Source: a virus (lineage: Duplodnaviria; Caudoviricetes). From it: DNA of 24,415 nucleotides. The stretch spans positions 1 through 24,415 of the IMG/VR virus record IMGVR_UViG_3300011338_000116. One strand, written 5' to 3'. Each line of letters starts with the position of its first letter. Position 1 is the stretch's first letter. The notes beneath the pieces are model-generated. The model worked only from the letters and a program-made list of their open reading frames with translations, was not told where the DNA came from and did no database searches. Positions 15,185 through 23,215 of the stretch are shown here, piece after piece. The translations under genes were made by a program, and so were the position numbers.

Positions 15185-16465
15185 TCATTTAAAAACAAAT
15201 TTAGTGCCGTCCCATTGCATGGTTTTAGTAGCGCTAGCAGGCTGACTTTTTACAATTGATGGGACAGTGGCCGGTGCGCCGAGTGCAGTGTCGAGGTTTT
15301 TGAATCCGTAAGTTTTGCCAAACTGCTCGTACTCTCCACGCTTGTTGTTGTAAGCCTGACCAGCGGCAGCGTAAAGTTCATTGGACAACCTCTGGAAATC
15401 TTCACGCTGAGTAGGTGTCAGCTTTTGTCCGGTCATCAAGTTGTTGAAGTAATTCTGCAAAAGATCCATGCGACCAGCAGCGGCCATTGCAATGCCAAGC
15501 TCAGACTCACGCACAACAGAGCCAGGGTCAAGCAGCTTCATCACCTTCGTAGCGCCAGCGACATCACCGATTGGTGTGCCTTGGGCAAGTGACGATACAA
15601 CTTGGCCGTATGCAGACTTCATGTCGTTAAAGTCTTTGTAGATCGGCTCTTGCTTGAATGCGCCGCTGAGCTTCATCTCGTTTTCAAAGCCCTTTTGCCC
15701 ACCTGTCATGTCCACTGGAACTTTGACATTGACATTGCTTGCCCCAGACTTTCTGAGTTCAATAATGTTTGCAAGCGTAATCGGCGTACCCGTAGCCTGC
15801 AAGATTCTCACCTCTGCTGGTGACGCCTCTGGCTTGTCAAGCAGACGCAAGTTGTCTAAGGTAGGTGGCAAGCCCAAGGCTCGTAGCGTCTTGATTGCGT
15901 CTGGTGATGCCTCTGGTTTCAGAGCATCCAGCGCAAACTGCAAACCCTTCTCGCGTGGCAAGCCTTGCAGCAGATCAAGTTGTTGCTGGTTCAGGCCAGC
16001 AAATGGGCCGGCTGCTGCTGGCCTAGCCATTGCCGCCGTCTCAGACACAAATCTTTCAACAGGCGGCACTGCCACACCCGTCAATGGCTGCATCGCTGTC
16101 CCTGGCTGCCTAGCTCTTTTCAGCATTTCAAAATAATCCACATTGCGCTGACGCTCGTCTTGAGCCTCCTTCAGCTTCTCACCCACCATCAGATCCTGCA
16201 CCGACCCAGCACGCGCCTGTTGGTAGCCCTGCTGGCCAGCCTGCAAGGCCGATCCAAGCGCTTGGCCAAGGCCGATGGGGGTAGTGCTGCGGCCACTGGC
16301 TTGCAGCAGTGCAGCAGCCGCTGACAGGGCTGCATTTCGATTCATCAGCTTGCGCTGGTCTTCGGAAAGCAGTGCGTCCAGACCCGATGGCGTGCCGCCC
16401 TGCATGCCGCCAAACATGCTGCCGATGTTTGCAAAATCAAATGGAGAATCAAATGGAGTAGCCAT
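15185..16465 (-). CDS. Probable DNA ejection protein
   Basis: Gly/Ala/Gln-rich N-terminus; KLLDPGSVVRESE motif recalled from phage ejection-region proteins. Confidence 0.7.
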   Translation of the reverse strand: MATPFDSPFDFANIGSMFGGMQGGTPSGLDALLSEDQRKLMNRNAALSAAAALLQASGRSTTPIGLGQALGSALQAGQQGYQQARAGSVQDLMVGEKLKEAQDERQRNVDYFEMLKRARQPGTAMQPLTGVAVPPVERFVSETAAMARPAAAGPFAGLNQQQLDLLQGLPREKGLQFALDALKPEASPDAIKTLRALGLPPTLDNLRLLDKPEASPAEVRILQATGTPITLANIIELRKSGASNVNVKVPVDMTGGQKGFENEMKLSGAFKQEPIYKDFNDMKSAYGQVVSSLAQGTPIGDVAGATKVMKLLDPGSVVRESELGIAMAAAGRMDLLQNYFNNLMTGQKLTPTQREDFQRLSNELYAAAGQAYNNKRGEYEQFGKTYGFKNLDTALGAPATVPSIVKSQPASATKTMQWDGTKFVFK

Positions 16466-16475
16466 TTTTTATTCC

Positions 16476-17225
16476 TTAAAGCAGACCAAGCAGTGCGCCA
16501 AAGGCAGCACCTGTGCCGCCGCTGATTGCGTTATTAGACAAGCCAGCAATCTGAGAGCCAGCCAAAGCACCGCCCAAAAGACCAGCTCCGACATTGCGGC
16601 TGATTGGCGTTGTTGTGCTGCCACCTAGTGCGGCAGGGTTAAAGCCAAGACCTGATTGAGATACACCCAGACGCTGAATGCCGATGTTGCGCAGCGCATC
16701 CAATTGCTGCTGCTCAAAAGCCTGACGCGCACCGCCCAAGGCCATGACATTCTGACCACCTTGGATGTTTTGGCCACGGGCATATTGCGCCAACTGCGCA
16801 GCTTGGCCATAGCCTTGGTTGCGCAGGTTGGCTGACAGGTCAGCCGCTTGCTTGAGGGCAGCGGCATTGGTCAGTGATGCCTGCACACCTTGTCGTGAAC
16901 CACCGAATGCTCTGGCTTGGGTTGCGGCTTGCCGATCCCTGATGTCTTGCATCTGCCGGCTGGCTTCAATGTCGCCAAGGCTTCGGTCAATGACCTCTTG
17001 CGTGTACGGATTCATAAATGCGCCAATGTCTGCACCGCTGAACGGGGTCAGAGACTGATTGACGATTGCCTCCTCACCAGCCTGATAAAGCGGGTTGTAC
17101 CCTGCAAACTGCTGGACAGGCAATGCACCGGCCACATTTCGGGCCTGCTGGACATTTTGTAGAAACGCCTCTTTGATCTGTGGATCAATCGAGGTGGATG
17201 TTGTTTGTGAGCCGCCTTTAGACAT
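16476..17225 (-). CDS. Probable DNA transfer/pilot protein (P22 gp7-like position)
   Basis: MSKGGSQTTS start, FMNPY and AFGGSR motifs, Gln-rich body and glycine-zipper C-terminus. Confidence 0.72.
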   Translation of the reverse strand: MSKGGSQTTSTSIDPQIKEAFLQNVQQARNVAGALPVQQFAGYNPLYQAGEEAIVNQSLTPFSGADIGAFMNPYTQEVIDRSLGDIEASRQMQDIRDRQAATQARAFGGSRQGVQASLTNAAALKQAADLSANLRNQGYGQAAQLAQYARGQNIQGGQNVMALGGARQAFEQQQLDALRNIGIQRLGVSQSGLGFNPAALGGSTTTPISRNVGAGLLGGALAGSQIAGLSNNAISGGTGAAFGALLGLL

Positions 17226-17235
17226 TGTTTACCCC

Positions 17236-18057
17236 TTATCCCAGTAAAGATTTCATTTTTTTGGCAGGAATCTTGCCATCGTTGATCATGTCCAGCAGCC
17301 CTTGGCCGTACTTCTTGACCGCTGATTTTTTGATGACATATTCGCCAAGCTGCAACATGCCAGCGCCATCATCTGGGCCTGGTGGGTTAGGGCCACTGAC
17401 TCGGTCAACAGGGCCGCCCATGTTGTACTGGCCTTCACCAAATCCGCCACTTGTGTCGCCCGTGCCGTAGCCACCAGCCTCAGAGCCAGCGCTGCTTTGA
17501 TCTGAAATGCTTTGTGCTTGCGCTGCTGCTGTATCTGCGGCCAGCGCATCTTGCATTGACTGCATGGATTGAGCGTTTTGAGCAATAGTGCTTGGATAGC
17601 CAGCATTCATTGCTGCAATCTCACTGGCGCGAAAACTCTCTTTTGCGTTTTGATATGCAACAGGGTCAACACTTGTGAGCAACCTTTGCTCACTCACAAA
17701 GCCTGGGTTAAAGTAGTTTTGCGCCTTTCCATACAGCGTATTCCCAAAAACACTTTGAAGCCCCCTTGTCACCGATGCCATGTTTGGGTTTTCAGCGTAA
17801 TAAGCAGCCCTCTGTGAATTGGTCATGTTGTCCCAATCACTAGGGGTCGGGGTGTAATCGCCACCGCCGCCGCCACCGCCGCCCATGCCACCGCCAACAC
17901 CAAGATTAATCAAACCTGATCCACTTATGCGCCTGTAGAGTTCTGGGTCATAACCACCAAGTGCTTGGCTTGCGCCGGTGTACGGGTTCATGGTTGGCGT
18001 CATCCTCGCCATGATCCGCTGGTACGGGGTCAGATTTAAATCATCAATTGTTGCCAT
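17236..18057 (-). CDS. Low-complexity probable virion protein with a tape-measure-like C-terminal motif
   Basis: Start MATIDD at 18057 overlaps the upstream stop (TGATG); C-terminal YNMGGPV..GP..DD...LQLGEYVIKKSAVKKYG..LLDMIN. Confidence 0.65.
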   Translation of the reverse strand: MATIDDLNLTPYQRIMARMTPTMNPYTGASQALGGYDPELYRRISGSGLINLGVGGGMGGGGGGGGDYTPTPSDWDNMTNSQRAAYYAENPNMASVTRGLQSVFGNTLYGKAQNYFNPGFVSEQRLLTSVDPVAYQNAKESFRASEIAAMNAGYPSTIAQNAQSMQSMQDALAADTAAAQAQSISDQSSAGSEAGGYGTGDTSGGFGEGQYNMGGPVDRVSGPNPPGPDDGAGMLQLGEYVIKKSAVKKYGQGLLDMINDGKIPAKKMKSLLG

Positions 18058-18425
18058 CACAAATCCTTTGCCATAACTGACCACTGTGGGCGATAGCCCT
18101 CGTCTTTTAAAAATGTCTTTGCCCAGCCCTTGCGGCCTGCCAAAGTCACTCTGGTGCAGCCAATCGACTTGCCCCAGGATTCGATCATTGGTCGCATCCT
18201 TGAGAGTTCATCTAGGTCGCCACCAGCCAAGAAGTAATGCAAGTTCTTGAGTCGCGGGTAGACAATGATCTCTGTCAATACCACCGAGTTTGAGGCTGGC
18301 CACAACTGCAATCTGTGATCCCCCACCATCTCGGCAACATCGTTAAAATTGTGTGTGCCTCCAGAGTATTCTAAAGCAGCCTCCACATGATGGCGCAGTC
18401 TCTTCAAGTGCTCCAAATCGCTCAT
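18057..18425 (-). CDS. GNAT-like virion assembly protein
   Basis: LHYFLAGG, GCTRVTLAGRKGW motifs; position between the tail and ejection genes; start MSDLEHL at 18425 by ATGA coupling. Confidence 0.7.
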   Translation of the reverse strand: MSDLEHLKRLRHHVEAALEYSGGTHNFNDVAEMVGDHRLQLWPASNSVVLTEIIVYPRLKNLHYFLAGGDLDELSRMRPMIESWGKSIGCTRVTLAGRKGWAKTFLKDEGYRPQWSVMAKDL

Positions 18426-19900
18426 CGTTTCCCGCCGGCCACCGCCTCCAGCCGCATCACCCCAATACGCCAATCGGCCAGCACCGCCCCCGTCACCTTG
18501 ACATTGACCTGCCGCGCCGCAAACCGGACATCGGTAGGGTTGGCAGCCGTGTATGGGCCGAATGTGGACTGAGCACCTGTGGGGTAATTGCGGGTCTTGA
18601 ATGAAACCACCGCCTCGCCCAAGGTCTGCTCGTCTGGGACAACTTGCCGCACAGACATGATGTTGTCGCCATTGCCAAGCTGCACTGGCCCAGACTCAGC
18701 GTAGACGCTAGCGCCGTCATAAGCAAAGCCCACCTCATGCTCATAGATGTAGCCATCGGCTGACACCAGCAGCGGGTTGGTGAACACACCCGCATCAGTG
18801 CCAGCGGTACGCGCCAATGAGCCGATATTCCAGCTATTTTCCCTGTAGTTATAAATTACATAACTGTCATTTTCATTGCTGCCGCTGCTTGGGTAGTACC
18901 ACCAGATCTCACCAAACTGGCTGTTGTGGACAGCGTAGACCTTGGATGCTTGGTTGAAGTTCATGTTGCTGAACACATAGTCAGACACATCACTTGGCAA
19001 AGGCTTGAGGTAGCCATCGTATGTCCAGAAGCCACTCTTAGCCATCCAGATGGCGGCAGTGTCGATGGCCGCCACAGCTTGAGCCGAGATCAGGCCGCAG
19101 CCAGATCCGGCCTTTTCAAAGCCATAAACGAATGGTGCGCCGATGTAGGTCGCAGTGTGGACATCCACATCTGTGAACAGCAGGTTGACACCCTTCACTC
19201 GTTTACCGGCCAACAGACTGCCAGGGGTGGCCAACTCAAAGTCACCCGCCTGATTGGTGGCCAGTGGCGTCCAGACTGTATTGTCCTCTTGGTCTGACCA
19301 TTGCACCTTGCGCGGATTGCCGCCAGCGCCAAGGGCAAACAGGATGCGCTCGGCAGTCACCAAAAGAGCCTTGTTGCCCGTTGGTGCGTTGGTGATGGCC
19401 GCTGCCAGTGTCGGCGTTGTAAAGCCAAGCTGCCATTCGTAGAGCTTGCCGTCAGCGCTTGAGCACGCCACCAGATACTCGCCCCATGTGTCAAGTGACC
19501 ATGTCGTGGCCGGAATCAGCCCACCTAAGTCTGGTCTGGCCACGCCATAGGCAAAGGAGCCATAGGTGCTGTATCCGTAGCCGGTCTTGATCGTGGCACT
19601 GGCAATGCCGGCAGTGATGCCGGTAGGGGTAATTTCCTTGAGTGTCCCCGCCTCGTTCATGGCGTACAGCTTGGATTGCGTACCAGCGGCAATCCAGCGC
19701 TCTCCATCGTTGTCGCGCCAAGTAATGAAGCCCCTGCACAGACCCGTCATCTGGCTTGTCGAGCGTTTCCTCCAGCCGCCCATAGGTCGCAAGGTGTTCT
19801 CGTACCAGCGCACCAGATTCGCGTCATACCAGCGCCCCGCAGCTTGGTACTCCGTGCCGTTCCTGTAGATGCCTGGTGGTAGTTTTAGTGGGATGTACAT
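18422..19900 (-). CDS. Tail tubular/hub protein (P22 gp10-like, beta-rich)
   Basis: 492 aa; GRWYDANLVRW, VQWSDQED, GCGLIS and EIWWYYPS motifs; podoviral gene order. Confidence 0.78.
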   Translation of the reverse strand: MYIPLKLPPGIYRNGTEYQAAGRWYDANLVRWYENTLRPMGGWRKRSTSQMTGLCRGFITWRDNDGERWIAAGTQSKLYAMNEAGTLKEITPTGITAGIASATIKTGYGYSTYGSFAYGVARPDLGGLIPATTWSLDTWGEYLVACSSADGKLYEWQLGFTTPTLAAAITNAPTGNKALLVTAERILFALGAGGNPRKVQWSDQEDNTVWTPLATNQAGDFELATPGSLLAGKRVKGVNLLFTDVDVHTATYIGAPFVYGFEKAGSGCGLISAQAVAAIDTAAIWMAKSGFWTYDGYLKPLPSDVSDYVFSNMNFNQASKVYAVHNSQFGEIWWYYPSSGSNENDSYVIYNYRENSWNIGSLARTAGTDAGVFTNPLLVSADGYIYEHEVGFAYDGASVYAESGPVQLGNGDNIMSVRQVVPDEQTLGEAVVSFKTRNYPTGAQSTFGPYTAANPTDVRFAARQVNVKVTGAVLADWRIGVMRLEAVAGGKR

Positions 19901-19902
19901 GG

Positions 19903-20559
19903 CTATATTGTCGGTAGGTTGGACACAAAGCTCATCGTGACGATGGCCGATGGCACTGCTGGTCGTGTCGGACTTGTTCCGGCAGCGTACTGCTCAATTT
20001 GAACACCGATGTCGGTTGGCCTCCACATGATCTCCACATAGTCAGTCGCATTCAGGCTCAAGAAATAATTCATGGCCGCAATCGTGTGGTACGGATCTCC
20101 AGCACTCTTTCGTGGTGCAAAACCAAATCGACTGTTTGAGTTTGCCGCATTTGTGCCATTGACCCGAAACCAAATGTCCACATCCTGCGCGGTATTTGTC
20201 GTATTCGTCAATTGAATGGAAAACTGCAAATTCCAGATCCCGCTGTCGGCCACTGTGATTCGACTGTTGCTGGCTATTGTCACGCCATTGCTGAAGTCTG
20301 TCGTGTTGAATGTGACAGCATAGGCTGTGGTGGTGTTGGCCGCAGTCTGGTCGGTTGAGTCCTGAAACGCCCCGTGGGGGTTGTTCATAAACTTACCGCC
20401 CCTTGGCCCAAACAGTGAGCCAAGGACGGAAGTCAGTTTTCTGGCAAAAATGTTCAGTGCGCCGTTGTTCTCGTTCAAGTTCCGGCGTTCATACACCTCT
20501 GGTGGATAACCCAGAGGTGAGAGTGAAGGCGTCTCTAATTGTTGCTTGACATTGGCCAT
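19903..20559 (-). CDS. Tail-associated structural protein with a C1q/jelly-roll-like C-terminal domain
   Basis: VTFNTT...SRITV..SGIWNLQFSIQ...LNATDYVEIMW beta-sandwich pattern. Confidence 0.65.
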   Translation of the reverse strand: MANVKQQLETPSLSPLGYPPEVYERRNLNENNGALNIFARKLTSVLGSLFGPRGGKFMNNPHGAFQDSTDQTAANTTTAYAVTFNTTDFSNGVTIASNSRITVADSGIWNLQFSIQLTNTTNTAQDVDIWFRVNGTNAANSNSRFGFAPRKSAGDPYHTIAAMNYFLSLNATDYVEIMWRPTDIGVQIEQYAAGTSPTRPAVPSAIVTMSFVSNLPTI

Positions 20560-20575
20560 GAGGTGATTATTTCAC

Positions 20576-21082
20576 TTATGCCATGTCTGCGCCTACTTTG
20601 CCAACTTCAGCAACCCTGCGGCTCCAGCCCTTGCCAAAGGTCGGCCAGTGTGGCAGATCCATGAGGAATGACAGCCTGCGCTTGCCATAGTCATCAACCA
20701 GATCACCCTGAAATGCCGCCACAGCCTGCAAAGTCTTTGGGCCGATGCCGCCGTCAGGATCAACACCCACGCACGCTTGCAGCCACTTGGCAGCCCGACC
20801 TGGGCCGCTGTTCACCGCCGCATCGAAAACCACATAGTCCACGCCAGCGGGTAGCTCATCGCCCTTGACCTTGTCCCAATACTTGGATTTGTACATCGGG
20901 CCGACAGTCTCGGGGGTCAGGCCACGCATGGTTTTTTCATCCACCTCATGCCCGACCCACTCCTCCCAGACCTTCTTGGTCACGCCGAGGTTGGTCATGC
21001 CGCCAGGGTCGGACGGATGGTTGACAAAGCCGCCTTCGTGGTGGAGGACAGCAGCCAGTGCGGAGTCAAAGTTTTCTTTCAT
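20576..21082 (-). CDS. Endolysin, glycoside hydrolase family 108, with a peptidoglycan-binding segment
   Basis: HEGGFVNHPSDPGGMTNLGVT, FDAAVNSG, DGGIGPKTL and FGKGWSRR motifs. Confidence 0.95.
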   Translation of the reverse strand: MKENFDSALAAVLHHEGGFVNHPSDPGGMTNLGVTKKVWEEWVGHEVDEKTMRGLTPETVGPMYKSKYWDKVKGDELPAGVDYVVFDAAVNSGPGRAAKWLQACVGVDPDGGIGPKTLQAVAAFQGDLVDDYGKRRLSFLMDLPHWPTFGKGWSRRVAEVGKVGADMA

Positions 21083-21576
21083 TTCACTGGCCCTGCCTTA
21101 GAGAGTAAATCGGTCTTGGCTTGTGAGCCAGCGCTTGATCCAAAATAGTAGGCAATGATGCCCGTCCATGCCGTGCCAAGGCTGCCCAGCATCATCAGGA
21201 TGGCAGGGTTGGCGCTGTCCACTTTGCCAATAAACATCATCACCATGATGCCAAAAAATCCCACTGTGACTGTACCCGCCAGTACTGGTGGCATCAAGCT
21301 GCGGGTGGTGGCCTGCATCTCCCGCGCTGACTTCCTGTCCTCGACCTCCAGCTTTTCAAAGTTGAGGCCAAGCTCTTGCGCTTGCTTTTGCAGTTCGATC
21401 TATGCAATCTTGACTTGAGCGATCTGCTCTGCTGACAGCTTGTTGTTGGAGATCAGGTCGCCCACCTTGTCGGGGTCAACACCGATGGCTTTGGAGATAG
21501 CCGACACCGCCATGCCGGCCAGTGGGCCCCCCATTGCCGTGGCAATCGTGGGTGCAATTTGTTTTAGCCAGTCCAT
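21079..21576 (-). pseudogene. Holin-like membrane protein (165 codons) interrupted by an in-frame TAG at codon 59
   Basis: MDWLKQIAPTIATAMGGPLAG...QVKIA*IELQKQ...DRKSAREMQ...YYFGSSAGS; TAG at 21402-21400; one frame throughout, coupled to both neighbours. Confidence 0.75.
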
Positions 21577-22184
21577 TACTGTTTACTCCTTGAAAGCATT
21601 GTTGAGGCAATTTGCAGCATTGCACGGGCGCTGTCCATGTCTTCTGGCTGGGTAGCCCAGCCGACTGTGATCTGCCCGACAAAGCGCCCTGGCTCCGGTG
21701 GAACTGAAATACGGCATGTGTAGGCCACGCCCTTGGCGATGTACCACAGCCCCATCTCCGACTGCGCTGATCGGTATTCGCCGCAAGGAATTTCGCTGGC
21801 CATCAGCTTGACCACATCCGCATTGTTGGCTGCGTTCTGAGTGAACAGGCCGACATCCAGCCCATCGTTTGTTTTGTCTCTGCCGTTCTTGCCGTAGGCG
21901 CGGTACAGGATGCGAGTGCCAAACATGCTATTTACTTTGAACACCGCCACCACCAGCGCACCAGACTGCTTGAACAGATGCGCTGCCGCATCCTCAACCC
22001 GATCCTCTGCAATGGATGGAATCTTCTTGGACTCCTTGTACGCGCCAATCAGCAGGTCTTGGTTTGCGTAAACAAAGTACCCAGCAAAGGTGAGCACCGC
22101 CATCAGCACCATTGCAAACAGCCTAAAGGGGCTGGACACATAGGCCAGCACTTTGTCAACTAAGCTAAGTTGCTCCGCGCTCAC
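21576..22184 (-). CDS. T4 gpT-like holin (single transmembrane segment plus GAF-like periplasmic domain)
   Basis: One N-proximal TM followed by YKESK; C-terminal YTC...FVGQITVGW...QIASTMLSRSK parallels the T4 T sequence as I recall it; lies in the lysis region. Confidence 0.65.
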   Translation of the reverse strand: MSAEQLSLVDKVLAYVSSPFRLFAMVLMAVLTFAGYFVYANQDLLIGAYKESKKIPSIAEDRVEDAAAHLFKQSGALVVAVFKVNSMFGTRILYRAYGKNGRDKTNDGLDVGLFTQNAANNADVVKLMASEIPCGEYRSAQSEMGLWYIAKGVAYTCRISVPPEPGRFVGQITVGWATQPEDMDSARAMLQIASTMLSRSKQ

Positions 22185-22651
22185 CCGCGCTGCCCCATGA
22201 TGCCAAGGCTAAAATAAATGATAGCGCCGACCAAGCTGAAAAAGACAAGCGCCATCAGCACAAGCTCAATGACCTCGTCCATCTCTTTCTTGTGCCTTGC
22301 CGCAGCCTCTTTTTCTTTGCGTGCTTCATGGGCAGACTCAACATCCATCGCCGCTGCTCTGGACTTGATCTTGTTCCAGACATCGATCTTGCCGGACTGC
22401 ATGAACAGCAATTGAAGCTCGTCCTCAAACCGCTTGGCCTGATCCAGAGCCATCTCGATCTGGATGGCCGTCCCCATTGATGACTTAGATTTCTTGGCTT
22501 GGACAACAGCTTTGCTGGCCGTGGACTTTGCGTCAAAGTATTTGCCAAGCACAGGGCCAAGAGACGATACATCGTCAACAGTCTTGCTGACCTTCTTGAT
22601 CAGCGCGACTGCTGCCTGTATGCCTGCTAGCGCTGTTAGGGGGTCAATAAT
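22181..22651 (-). CDS. Hypothetical protein with C-terminal transmembrane segment (about 156 aa; apparent ATT start)
   Basis: The frame stays open 33 codons upstream of the track start, reading (I/M)IDPLTALAGIQAAVALIKK; GGAGG lies 6 nt before ATT 22651. Confidence 0.7.
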   Translation of the reverse strand: MIDPLTALAGIQAAVALIKKVSKTVDDVSSLGPVLGKYFDAKSTASKAVVQAKKSKSSMGTAIQIEMALDQAKRFEDELQLLFMQSGKIDVWNKIKSRAAAMDVESAHEARKEKEAAARHKKEMDEVIELVLMALVFFSLVGAIIYFSLGIMGQRG

Positions 22652-22802
22652 TTTCGGCCTCCACTACTTTCTTAGGTTCAGGTTTGCCTTTCTCCCGCCA
22701 CTGCAAGCACCAAACTTCTTTGCGATCTGACGACCATGACCACCTCACGCACTCAACTGCTGGCGCTTGAACCACAGGTGGTGGTGGCGGCAGGGCATCC
22801 AT
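22644..22802 (-). CDS. 52-aa Pro-rich, two-Cys, Trp-rich peptide (absent from ORF track)
   Basis: Manual translation MDALPPPPPVVQAPAVECVRWSWSSDRKEVWCLQWREKGKPEPKKVVEAENY; fills the gap between its neighbours exactly. Confidence 0.65.
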   Translation of the reverse strand: MDALPPPPPVVQAPAVECVRWSWSSDRKEVWCLQWREKGKPEPKKVVEAENY

Positions 22803-22804
22803 GA

Positions 22805-23005
22805 TTACATCAGCATCTTTTTCAACAGTTCAGCAGCAAAGCCCGGCCCAAGCAACGTGACTGCAATCAGCGCATACAAAATGTACTCAATGCGAGACAT
22901 CCGCTTGCTGCCTGACTCAAAGCTCTTTTGGATCGCTTGATAGCGCAGCGCACAGACTTCCTCATGCGTTGCAAGCCGAGCGTCTGTGGCGTCTATCTGG
23001 TTCAT
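22805..23005 (-). CDS. Small coiled-coil plus transmembrane protein (XhlA/holin-like, 'HEEVCAxRY' family)
   Basis: Start MNQIDA at 23005 by ATGA coupling; coiled coil followed by one hydrophobic helix. Confidence 0.7.
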   Translation of the reverse strand: MNQIDATDARLATHEEVCALRYQAIQKSFESGSKRMSRIEYILYALIAVTLLGPGFAAELLKKMLM

Positions 23006-23214
23006 GCTGCCGCTGCTTGCAGAGGTGTCAAATCTTCCGTAGTCCAGAAGTCTTTTGCAATCATCAGTTTCAGATGCTCTTTGTTGCGTGACAGGCAGTC
23101 TGCCCAATCAGCGTCAGTCATGTTCTCTGGCTTGCCAGCATTGATGAGGGCTACGCTGTCCATCGCGGCAGAGTAGTGCTTGGCTATTTGTTCTGCGGTT
23201 GTTAGTTCGTTCAT
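23002..23214 (-). CDS. Small tail-fibre-associated hypothetical protein (70 aa)
   Basis: ATG 23214 lies 1 nt after the tail fibre stop; SD AAGGA. Confidence 0.7.
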   Translation of the reverse strand: MNELTTAEQIAKHYSAAMDSVALINAGKPENMTDADWADCLSRNKEHLKLMIAKDFWTTEDLTPLQAAAA

Positions 23215-23215
23215 T

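Noticed and set aside
17381-17396. GGTGGGTTAGGGCCAC resembling the 5' part of a pistol ribozyme
   Set aside because: It is the antisense of coding sequence (VSGPNPP) and the downstream pistol elements are absent.
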